From an uncultured Planctomycetaceae bacterium (GTDB lineage: Bacteria > Planctomycetota > Planctomycetia > Planctomycetales > Planctomycetaceae), in the NCBI GenBank assembly GCA_963813715.1, contig CAWFAK010000017.1:800001-864000 (forward strand): a stretch of 64,000 bases of DNA, in the 5' to 3' direction. The notes under the pieces were generated by a model. The model saw only the letters and a program-made list of their open reading frames with translations. It had not been told where the DNA came from and did not search any database. The position numbers and the translations under genes are program-made. Shown in pieces: positions 36,502 to 46,067 of the stretch. Within the stretch, counting starts at the first letter, position 1; each line of letters begins with the position of its first letter.

Positions 36502-36558
36502 AAAGAACGTCGAGTTTTCCCGCGAGCGGTGACAGTTTCTCCCAACTGCACCGATTCC

Positions 36559-37091
36559 TGTCATTGGGCGCGTGAGACCGGCCACTGATGGGCGCGTTAA
36601 AACCGGCCAGTCCATAGGGGTGATTGGTTCCTTATCCTCTTTCGACGTGTGCTCCGCAAGCCGTTTTCGAACACTCGCAAGCAGATGTTTGTCCACCCGA
36701 GCCGGCGCCGCAGGATGATCTCGAACAAGAACTCGCCAGATCGCTTCGGCAATTTCTTGATCCCCATGTCATCCAGGATCAGCAGGTCGGGCTTGAGATA
36801 GCGGGCCATCACCTTGTCATGGTTCTCGAAGGCCTCGTCGTGCAACAGGTCGCGCACGGCGTCGAAGATCGAGCGATACAGCACGCTGAACCCGGCTCTC
36901 ACCAGGGTCAGCCCGATCGCCTGACACAAGTGGCTCTTCCCGACCCCGGTCGGCCCGACCAACAGGGCATTGCGTCGCTGGCGGACGAACGCGCCGGCCG
37001 CCAGATCGAAGAACTGCTTCCGCTTGATCGTTCGGTTGCGCCGACGAACACGCTTCCTCATCAATGGCCGGTTTTCACGAGCCCCATGCCA
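36559..37091 (-). mobile_element. istB: Internally deleted IS21-family element: both terminal inverted repeats plus an istB fragment
   Basis: Ends TGTCATTGGGCGCGTGAGACCGGCCACTGATG and TGGCATGGGGCTCGTGAAAACCGGCCATTGATG; GPTGVGKSHL and LLILDD motifs at ~36710-37030. Confidence 0.85.
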
Positions 37092-37094
37092 GGG

Positions 37095-37503
37095 AACAGG
37101 GAAAAATGTATGGCAAGCGATATGGAGCTGAGCAGCCAAGCGGATGAAGGACCTGGAGAAGGAGAATGCTCGGTTGAACCGGCTTTTGGCGGATGCTGAG
37201 CTGGACAAGCCATTCCTCGCAACGCGGTTTCGGGAAACTTTTGGGCCCGGCGAAGCGCTCGCAAGCCGTGCAACACGTGCGGAGTTCGCCGGGCCCGGAG
37301 CAAGTCTCTGAGCGTTGAGTCCGTCGGGTGCTGGCACAGCCTCGTGCCACCCAAAGGCGCCAGCGACAGGACCGGACGGCGAGCCTCGACTCATCGACGA
37401 GGTGTCGGCGCTGGCCACGCAGCACGGTCGGTACGGATATCGTCGGGTGACGAAGCTGCTTCATCGAAAGGGATGGCCAGCGAACCACAAGCGGATTGAA
37501 TGA
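37095..37503 (+). mobile_element. IS3-family transposase remnant (orfA end and orfB start)
   Basis: KRMKDLEKENARLNRLLADAELDK, a GGGAAAC slippery site, RYGYRRVTKLL...NHKRIE*. Confidence 0.85.
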
Positions 37504-37570
37504 GATTCGGCTGAAAAAGATCGCGGTGCCCGCTGCGGCATGTATCTTGTTGAAACTCTCGCATTTCCCT

Positions 37571-37599
37571 TTGAGATCCGGCACTCACGGTGTTAGCCT
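37571..37599 (+). promoter_or_regulatory. Sigma70-type promoter of TPR-CHAT 4
   Basis: TTGAGA-17-TAGCCT. Confidence 0.55.
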
Positions 37600-37625
37600 C
37601 GTGAGCGTTCTGATTCTTTCCTTTC

Positions 37626-40600
37626 GTGGGGGTTCCGGTGTTTTGCCGTTGTGGTGTGCGCAGGCGTTGCGGCGTTCGCGATGCTCTGCTGCTGCTCGTG
37701 TTCGTGCCGCTGACTTCTAGGGAAGTGTTGACGGCCGTTGCGGCACCACCAGACTCCGGCCCGCCGCGCTCAGCACGGACGGCGGGTCAGCCCGCCGCAG
37801 CTATCGATCCGGCGGAGGCCGAATTCCAGCGGAAGGCCCAACAAGCGGATCAGCTGTTGACAGAGGGGAAGATCGCGGACGCGATTGCAACTGGGCAAAA
37901 GGCGCTTGGGCTTTCTCGCCAACTCCACGGAAACTCGTCCGAGCCAGTTGCGGCCGGACTGGATTGGTTGGCTCCGCTTTACGTACGTCGCGAAGAGTGG
38001 ACATCCGCGCGGCAAGCACGCGAAGAAGCGCTCGCGATCCGCAGTCAGTTATATGGCGGCAAGGATTGGCGGGTGACGAATGCTCGGCTGGCACTGCATG
38101 ACGTTGAGAGCCGCTCGCGATTGACCGCTGAACAACAAAGCGAGCTCATGCAAGTCGACAAAGCCGATTCGCAGGGGGGCGCCCTTTATCGTAGGGGAGA
38201 GTTCGCCAAAGCCCTTCCATTTGCGACGCAGTCACTCGACATCAATAGACGAATCCTGGGCGAACAGAATCCGTCGACCGCCGTCAGCCTTACCAACCTG
38301 GCAGAGATCTACCGGTCGATGGGGCAATACGCGAACGCGGAATCACTTTATCGACAGGCAATCGAGATTCGAAAGGCGGCCTTTGGCGAAAAACACCCGG
38401 AGACGACCACCAGCGTCTACAACCTGGCAATGCTCTTCCAATCAAAGAGAGACTACGCGCGCGCCGAACCCCTTTTTCAGCAGGCGTGCGAGGCCTGGAA
38501 ACAAACTCTCGGTGAGTCACACCCCGCCTTCGTTACAGGACTCAACGGCCTGGCCGAGTTTTATCATTTAACGGGAAACTACGCGAAGGCTGAGCCGCTC
38601 TTTCTGCAGGCGCTCGACATCCGCAAGAAAACGCTGGGCGAAAAGCATCCCGATACGGCCGCGAGCCTGTACAATCTGGCGATTTTTTACCAATCCAAAA
38701 GAGATTTTTCCCATGCGGAGCACGGTTATCAAACAGCGGTCGCCATCTGGCGCGAGGTTCTCGGCGCAAACCATCCTTTATACGCAGCCGGTGTTGGCCG
38801 TCTCGCCGGCCTGTACCAGTCGATGGGAAACTATACGAAGGCCGAGCAGCAACTGCGGGAGTTGCTCGAGATTCAAAAGAAAGGGCTTGGCGAGAACAAA
38901 CCCGAAGTCGTAACGACCCTCAACAGCTTGGCGTCCTTATACGCCTATTCGATGCATCAATATACGAAGGCCGAGCCTTGTTTTCAGCGAGCGGCGGAGA
39001 TCTCGAAGACGATTGCGGGGGACAAAGACCCATACTACGCCTCAAATCTCGAACACTTGGCCGGAATGTACCAGGCGATTGGGAGTTGCACGAAAGCCGA
39101 GCCCCTCTTTCGTAAGGCTCTGGAAATCCGCACGAAAGCCTTGGGCGAAGAGCATCCGTTAACCGGCATGGTTCGCCGGCGGCTTGCCATACTTTACGGC
39201 GCCATGCAGCAACACGCCAAAGAAGCGGAGCTGGAGCGGCAGTCACTGGAAATCAATCAGAGAGTCTTCGGTGAAATGCATCCGGAGACCGCTAAGAGCC
39301 TGGACAGTCTCGCCGCTTCGTATCGGTTGATGGGCGAAAATGCGAAAGCGGAACCGCTCACCCGACAAGCCCTTGAGATCCGTCGGAAACTTTACGGGGA
39401 ACAACACCCCGAATATGCGGTCGGCCTCGACAATCTCGCTGCGCTCTACCAGTCGATGGGGGACTACGCACAGGCAGAGCCGTTGTATCGGCAGGCGCTC
39501 GAGATTCAAACAAAAGTCTTAGGCGAGCATCACCCTCAAACGGCCGCCAGCCTGCGAGGTCTCGCGTTGGTGTACACTTTGGTCGGAGATGTCGCGAAGG
39601 GCGAGCAACTCTTTCGTCGCGCGATGGATGCCTCGAATAAGCTCATCGTCGGCGTCAAGCAACCGGACACGGCTCAGAGCCTGACTGATCAGGCGGGGCT
39701 ATACCAGACGATGGGGGAGTACGCCAAGGCGGAGCCGCTGTTTCAACAGGCGGTGGAGATTCGCAGAAAAACGCTCGGCGAGAGCCATCCCGATACGGCC
39801 GCGAGCCTGGCGAGCCTGGCTTCGCTGTACGGGTCGAAGAAAGAATACCAAAAGGCGGAGGCTCTGTGGCTGAGAGTCATCGATATCCGCAAGGAGGTCC
39901 TCGGCGAGGATAACCCGCAATATGTCCACTCTCTGATGTACCTTGGCATGATGTACAACGAGGCGGGGGATTACACGAAGGCCTTGCCATTGCAGCGGCG
40001 GCTTTTTGAAATCCAAAAGCGATTACTGGGAGAAAAGCACCCGCAGACGATCGGTAGCCTGGGCTTGTTGGCCTCTGCGTACCAGTCGGCAGGTGACTAC
40101 ACCAAGGCCGAATCTCTTTATCAGCGGGAATTAGAGCTCCATACGACGAGTTTGGGGGAGACGCATCCATTCACGGTCATGGATCGTCGGAGCATGGCCC
40201 TGCTGTACGTCGCAATGCGGGAATACAGGAAGGGGGAGGCTTTGCTGCGGCCAGCGGTAGAAAACGCCCAGCATCAACTGGTCAACACCTTTGGCATTCT
40301 TTCCGAACAAGAGCAGCTGGTCTTCAAGAAACAGTCGAGATTGAACCTCGACGCCTACCTCTCAATTACGGGAGCGACAGAGTATCGTGCGGCCACTGAG
40401 CTACAGCGGCTCAACGATGCCGACGTATACCGGTACGTTCTTCTCGATAAGGGAATCGTGGCAGCCCAACAGTCGTTCATTCACGCCATGCTCCGCACGA
40501 AGGAATTGGCTCCCCTATTCGAGAAACTCGGCCGAATCAGCCGCCGGCTGAAAGCGTTGCAACTCTCTCCGCCTGGTCGGCCCGAGAGCTTGGCGGACTG

Positions 40601-42143
40601 GCGAAATGAGCTTGCCCGTCTCGAAGAGGAGCGTGGCGCGGCGCAGCAGACGCTAGCCGCACAGAGCGGTGAATTCCGCCGCCTCGAACAGTCGTTGCAG
40701 GCGGATACCGATCAGGTGGACAAATTGCGCAGGCTACTACCTGGCAATGTCGCTCTTGTCGACATGCTTGAGTACACCGATTTCAGTCCTCCCACGGCGC
40801 GTCAGGGGCCACTCAACCAAGGGCGCCGTTTTGTTGCGTTCGTCGTTCGCCGCGATGCTCCGGTCAAGCGCATCGACTTGGGCCCCGCGAAGCCGCTTGC
40901 TGACGCCGTCGGCCGGTGGCGGCAGTCGATCACCAACGGCGGCGGGCGTGCCAATTCCAACCTTGGGCCGCGGTCCGGAAACGTCGCCGCGGAACAACCG
41001 CAAATGTACTTGCGCGAGCATCTGATCGATCCGCTGTGGCAGTACCTTCAAGGCGTGGACCTGGTGCTCATTTCCCCCGATGGAATCCTCAGCCAGTTGC
41101 CCTTCGGAGCGCTGCCGGGCAGTAAGAACGGGAAGCCATATCTGCTCGAGGAAATTCAGCTGGCGATCGTGCCGGTGCCTCGCGAGCTGCCTCAATTTCT
41201 GAGTTTGACCTCCGGCGCAAAAGCGTTCGCAGAGCCGTCCCTGTTATTGGTGGGAGACGTCGATTTCGGAAGTGCTCCACGCGTGATGCCGACGGCCCGC
41301 AACAACACAGCACTGGATCGGTTGGCACACCGCTCGGCGGTGCGCGGCCCTAAGGGGTATTTTTTTAAGCCCTTGCCGGGAACGCGGGCTGAGATCGATG
41401 GAATCAAGGCCACGTTCTGCCGCCAATTCGGCGCCCGGAACCTGCAAGTCCTGACAAGATCCGAGGCGACTGCCGAGGCTTTTCGAGCGGAAGCTCCACG
41501 CCACCGATGGGTTCATCTGGCGACACACGGCTTCTTCTCGCCCGAAAGCATTCCTTCCGCGTTGAGTCCCATCGACGAGAGTCGCCAGGATGATTCCGGA
41601 GACGCATTTGACCAACGCCGACGAGTTCAGGGGTGCGATCCGGCGCTCTTGTCCGGCGTCGCCTTCGCAGGAGCAAACCAGGACTGGCAACCCGCGTCGC
41701 TCGGCGCGGCAGATTCCGGCAACGAAGCCGATGAGGGCATTCTGACCGCTTTGGAAGTCGTCGAGCTGGACTTGCGAAGCGTCGAGCTGGTCGTTCTGTC
41801 GGCCTGCGAAACGGGACTCGGGCGCGTTGCCGGAGGCGAAGGGGTGCTTGGTCTGCAACGCGCGTTTCAAACCGCGGGCGCCAAAGGCTGTATCACGAGT
41901 TTGTGGAAAGTGGACGACTCGGCAACGCAAGTTTTGATGACCGAGTTCTACCGAAATCTGTGGGAACGAAAACTCGGGAAGCTGGAAGCATTGCGGCGGG
42001 CGCAATTGACCATGCTGCGACGTTACGACCCGGGAAAGCAGCAGCTGCGTGGGCTGGACATCCCCGGCGAAACAGCCGGGGCCCCCCAGCACGGTTCACC
42101 ATTTTATTGGGCCGGATTCGCGCTTTCCGGCGACTGGCGGTAA
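37626..42143 (+). CDS. TPR-CHAT caspase-like protease 4 (intact, 1505 aa)
   Basis: Hydrophobic N-terminus ending AVA, 16 tandem 42-aa TPRs, HLATHGFF, LSACETG. Confidence 0.95.
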   Translation: MGVPVFCRCGVRRRCGVRDALLLLVFVPLTSREVLTAVAAPPDSGPPRSARTAGQPAAAIDPAEAEFQRKAQQADQLLTEGKIADAIATGQKALGLSRQLHGNSSEPVAAGLDWLAPLYVRREEWTSARQAREEALAIRSQLYGGKDWRVTNARLALHDVESRSRLTAEQQSELMQVDKADSQGGALYRRGEFAKALPFATQSLDINRRILGEQNPSTAVSLTNLAEIYRSMGQYANAESLYRQAIEIRKAAFGEKHPETTTSVYNLAMLFQSKRDYARAEPLFQQACEAWKQTLGESHPAFVTGLNGLAEFYHLTGNYAKAEPLFLQALDIRKKTLGEKHPDTAASLYNLAIFYQSKRDFSHAEHGYQTAVAIWREVLGANHPLYAAGVGRLAGLYQSMGNYTKAEQQLRELLEIQKKGLGENKPEVVTTLNSLASLYAYSMHQYTKAEPCFQRAAEISKTIAGDKDPYYASNLEHLAGMYQAIGSCTKAEPLFRKALEIRTKALGEEHPLTGMVRRRLAILYGAMQQHAKEAELERQSLEINQRVFGEMHPETAKSLDSLAASYRLMGENAKAEPLTRQALEIRRKLYGEQHPEYAVGLDNLAALYQSMGDYAQAEPLYRQALEIQTKVLGEHHPQTAASLRGLALVYTLVGDVAKGEQLFRRAMDASNKLIVGVKQPDTAQSLTDQAGLYQTMGEYAKAEPLFQQAVEIRRKTLGESHPDTAASLASLASLYGSKKEYQKAEALWLRVIDIRKEVLGEDNPQYVHSLMYLGMMYNEAGDYTKALPLQRRLFEIQKRLLGEKHPQTIGSLGLLASAYQSAGDYTKAESLYQRELELHTTSLGETHPFTVMDRRSMALLYVAMREYRKGEALLRPAVENAQHQLVNTFGILSEQEQLVFKKQSRLNLDAYLSITGATEYRAATELQRLNDADVYRYVLLDKGIVAAQQSFIHAMLRTKELAPLFEKLGRISRRLKALQLSPPGRPESLADWRNELARLEEERGAAQQTLAAQSGEFRRLEQSLQADTDQVDKLRRLLPGNVALVDMLEYTDFSPPTARQGPLNQGRRFVAFVVRRDAPVKRIDLGPAKPLADAVGRWRQSITNGGGRANSNLGPRSGNVAAEQPQMYLREHLIDPLWQYLQGVDLVLISPDGILSQLPFGALPGSKNGKPYLLEEIQLAIVPVPRELPQFLSLTSGAKAFAEPSLLLVGDVDFGSAPRVMPTARNNTALDRLAHRSAVRGPKGYFFKPLPGTRAEIDGIKATFCRQFGARNLQVLTRSEATAEAFRAEAPRHRWVHLATHGFFSPESIPSALSPIDESRQDDSGDAFDQRRRVQGCDPALLSGVAFAGANQDWQPASLGAADSGNEADEGILTALEVVELDLRSVELVVLSACETGLGRVAGGEGVLGLQRAFQTAGAKGCITSLWKVDDSATQVLMTEFYRNLWERKLGKLEALRRAQLTMLRRYDPGKQQLRGLDIPGETAGAPQHGSPFYWAGFALSGDWR

Positions 42144-42189
42144 AGTCGCTAATCGACACGACGGCTCCGCTGGCGAAGCGAACTTTTCT

Positions 42190-42218
42190 TTGAATTCGCC
42201 GTACGGGATTGATAGTTT
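42190..42218 (+). promoter_or_regulatory. Sigma70-type promoter of the terminal TPR-CHAT relic
   Basis: TTGAAT-17-TAGTTT after TTTTCT. Confidence 0.6.
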
Positions 42219-42277
42219 CAGGATGCCGCGCGTGCCGCTTGCCCATTGAAGGAGCTTTCTGTGCGGGCTTCAAGAAG

Positions 42278-42421
42278 ATGGCAGTCGGTTGGTTACAAAC
42301 CCGGCGTCGCGTGCCAAACGGTCGCGTTGGCATTTGCCTCGTCGCGACGTTCGCCAGCCATGCTGTCGCCGACCCGCCTGCCGCGCAGAAGCCGGCCGTC
42401 CTTTCGAGCGCCGAGCGCACA
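42278..42421 (+). pseudogene. Relic N-terminus of a TPR-CHAT gene, cut off next to the tRNA
   Basis: ICLVATFASHAVADPPAAQKPAVLSSAER resembles AYAADPTLPTKPTPLSDAER of paralogue 2. Confidence 0.6.
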
Positions 42422-42439
42422 GCTTCGGATTGGGAAAAA

Positions 42440-42515
42440 TCGGGACGACAGGATTTGAACCTGCGACCTCTTGCACCCCAAGCAAGCGCGCTAATCCAGG
42501 CTGCGCCACGTCCCG
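42440..42515 (-). tRNA. tRNA-Pro(GGG)
   Basis: Acceptor stem CGGGACG/CGTCCCG, anticodon arm CTTGC-TTGGGGT-GCAAG, GGTTCAAATCC T-loop; CCA not encoded. Confidence 0.96.
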
Positions 42516-42638
42516 TTTGTGTGAGGCGACTAAGTTATCGCAACGCTTCCACCTCTTTGCAAGGCCGGCTTCTGTTGCCGGCGGTGCGGACGAATTGGGC
42601 TTTTTTCGGGGGCGCGATGCTCAACTGCCGCAGGGTGA

Positions 42639-43716
42639 TCAGGTCAGGCCGCGGGGGGTGCGGCCTGTCAACTTGTAGACGTAGGCCATGATTTCGACGA
42701 AGACCTGGTACATCTCGACCGGGATCGCCTGGCCGACTTTGATGTTGCGGTACAGGGCCCGGGCCAGTTCTTTCCGCTCGATGATCGGCACACGGTTTTC
42801 GCTGGCGATGCGGCGGATGCTGGCGGCGATTTCGCCCATTCCCTTCGCGACGACGACTGGGGCCGGCATTTTTGTCGGGTCGTACTTGATGGCGACGGCG
42901 ATCTCCGTCGGGTTGGTGATGATGACGTCGGCCGACCGCACCTGATTGAGTTCGCGGGCCTGGGCCACTTTGCGGTGGGCGTCGCGTCGCCGCTGCCGGA
43001 TATGCGGGTCCCCCTGCATTTCCTTCATTTCGTCGCGGACCTCTTGCTTCGTCATTTTGAGGTCCTGCTCGAGCCGCCATCGCTGATACAAGAAGTCGAG
43101 CAAGGCCAACGCGACGAGCGCGATCGAGAGCTGGTACGCCAGCTTCACGAGTGCGCCTTCCATGTAGAGCAGCGTTGCTCCGGGCGCCAGACCGATCAGT
43201 TGCGTGACCTGCGGCAAGAGCGCCGATCGACCAGAAGGCGATCCCCACGACGATCCCCAGCTTGCCGAGGCTGACGCCCAACCGCATCAGGGCGGCGGTC
43301 GAAAAAATTCGCTTAAAGCCGGAAAGCGGGTTCAAGCGTCCGAACTGTGGGACGAGGGCCTCGGGCGCGATCAGAATGCCGAACTGGACGATGTTCCACA
43401 CGAAGGCCGCCAGCATCATCGCCAACAACACGGCCAAGAGACTGGGGCCGACGGCCTGGAGAATGGTGCGGAAACGCTCGACAACGTCGACCTGATCGAG
43501 GCGTTCGTGGCCGGCCGTTCTCAGGAGTGTGGCGGTCAGCCCCGCCAGCGAGTGGCAGAGCGGAACCATCAACATCGAGAAGACGATCGCGGCTCCGAGC
43601 ATCAGGCCGGCGGCCGTCAGGTCGCGGCTCCGCGCGACGTTGCCCTGCTCCCGAGCTTCCGTGCGGCGGCGCTCGGTGGGCAGTTCTGTTTTTTCGCCGT
43701 ATTCATCGGTCGACAT
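42639..43716 (-). CDS. flhB: Flagellar export protein FlhB (frameshift near 43215)
   Basis: EKTELPT.RR..EAREQGNVARS, KMTKQEVRDE.K...GDP, ITNPTE. Confidence 0.93.
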
Positions 43717-43787
43717 GACGCATCAACAGCCGTGGAACGCCGACACAACGCGGGACCCCAAGTGGCACGAGAGCGGCGGCGCGCAAC

Positions 43788-44780
43788 TCATCCGACGCCG
43801 ATCGTCCGCACGATGGCGTCAATTGTCGTGGGAACCAAATCGACGGCCGCCCGGGCGATCCCCGACAGCGACGCAATCAGTATGAGCAGGCTGATGCTGG
43901 CCCGCACTGGAAAGCCGACGATGAGCACGTTGATTTGCGGCACTGAGTGCCCGAGGAAGCCCATCGTCAGTGCGACGAGCGACATCGCCGCCAAAAACGG
44001 CGCACCGACCTGGACGCCCAGCACCAACGACTGATGGATCAGGTCACGGAGCAGATCGATCGTCGGCAGACTGACGAAGGCTTCGCCCAACGGCAGTGTC
44101 TGAAACGTCGAGACGATCGCCGAAATCATCTGTAAGTGGTAGCCGGTCGGCTGCAGCACCAACAGGACGGTCACCGCGAACTGAAACAGGAACTGGCCGG
44201 TGACGGAGCCGGTGATGTTCAAACTCGGGTCGGCGATTTGCCCCAGCGAGAGTCCTGTCTGCTGATCGATCAGATCGCCTCCCAGGAGAAAACCGCTGAG
44301 AATCGTAAAGACTCCCAAACCGAGCGAAAAACCGAGCGCCAGCTCGCAGATGGCGACGCGGCCGTACTCGAGGAGTGTCCGCGCCGGCCGCAGCGTGCTC
44401 TGAAACTCGCTCTGCGTCAGGCCGGCGTTTTCGTCTTTGCCGGCGGCCTGTCGCAACGCTTCGTAGCGCGGCAGCAGCGATTCGGGGACTTCATCGGCGG
44501 TCAGGCGGCCGTCGTGATTCGTATCTAGTCGGTCGAATAACAGGCGGCTGTGATCGTGCACGGCCGGAGTGATCAGGAATCCCAAGGCCAGCACGAGCAG
44601 CACTCGGAGATTCGTCGGCACAATGCGTTCGCCGAACAGCGGTCCGACAATCATCAAGCCTGACAGACGGACGAGCACCAGCGTGAACGCGTAAAACTGC
44701 GTGAGGGCTCCCTGCATCAGCAATCGCAGGGCCTGATCGTGGACCGGTGTCACGCTCAGGCGATCGAGCAGCGAGTTCAT
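43788..44780 (-). CDS. fliR: Flagellar export protein FliR with an EF-hand-like insertion
   Basis: LVLVRLSGL..P, GDLIDQQTG, VPQINVLIVGFP; operon position. Confidence 0.9.
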   Translation of the reverse strand: MNSLLDRLSVTPVHDQALRLLMQGALTQFYAFTLVLVRLSGLMIVGPLFGERIVPTNLRVLLVLALGFLITPAVHDHSRLLFDRLDTNHDGRLTADEVPESLLPRYEALRQAAGKDENAGLTQSEFQSTLRPARTLLEYGRVAICELALGFSLGLGVFTILSGFLLGGDLIDQQTGLSLGQIADPSLNITGSVTGQFLFQFAVTVLLVLQPTGYHLQMISAIVSTFQTLPLGEAFVSLPTIDLLRDLIHQSLVLGVQVGAPFLAAMSLVALTMGFLGHSVPQINVLIVGFPVRASISLLILIASLSGIARAAVDLVPTTIDAIVRTIGVG

Positions 44781-44798
44781 GCGCCCCACTCCGCCTCG

Positions 44799-45065
44799 TC
44801 ACAGTTGGGACGGGATGTTCGTGAAGATTTCTGTGGCGTAATCGACGATGCGATGCATCATCCATGGCAAGAGCGCAAGGCCGGCCAGGGACATCGCGAC
44901 AATCTTCGGCACGAAACTCAGCGTTTGATCCTGCAGCTGGGTCACCGCTTGCAGAACGCTGATCACCAGGCCGACCAAGATGGCCATCAACATGATCGGC
45001 GCTCCCAACATCATCACCAGGATCACGGCGCTGCGGGTCATCTCGGCGGCCTGCTCAACGGTCAT
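44799..45065 (-). CDS. fliQ: Flagellar export protein FliQ
   Basis: GLVISVLQAVTQLQDQTLSFVPKI. Confidence 0.95.
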   Translation of the reverse strand: MTVEQAAEMTRSAVILVMMLGAPIMLMAILVGLVISVLQAVTQLQDQTLSFVPKIVAMSLAGLALLPWMMHRIVDYATEIFTNIPSQL

Positions 45066-45109
45066 GTTGTCCTCCTTCTTGGGCGAAATCCGTCCGTTTG
45101 GAAACACCA

Positions 45110-46059
<950 letters not shown>

Positions 46060-46067
<8 letters not shown>

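Noticed and set aside
22581..42143. 126-bp periodic repeats as a CRISPR array or a DGR
   Set aside because: They are in-frame coding TPRs. I found no spacers, cas genes, reverse transcriptase or adenine-specific TR/VR pair.
22100..42421. Craspase (type III-E) or gasdermin system
   Set aside because: No Cas7-11, Csx30/31 or gasdermin-like ORF is recognisable in the window.
590..42425. A common recombination sequence at the fragment junctions
   Set aside because: Comparing junctions near 600, 12480, 20421, 21640, 22085, 31320 and 42425 by eye gave no shared motif beyond a chance GTGACG at two of them.
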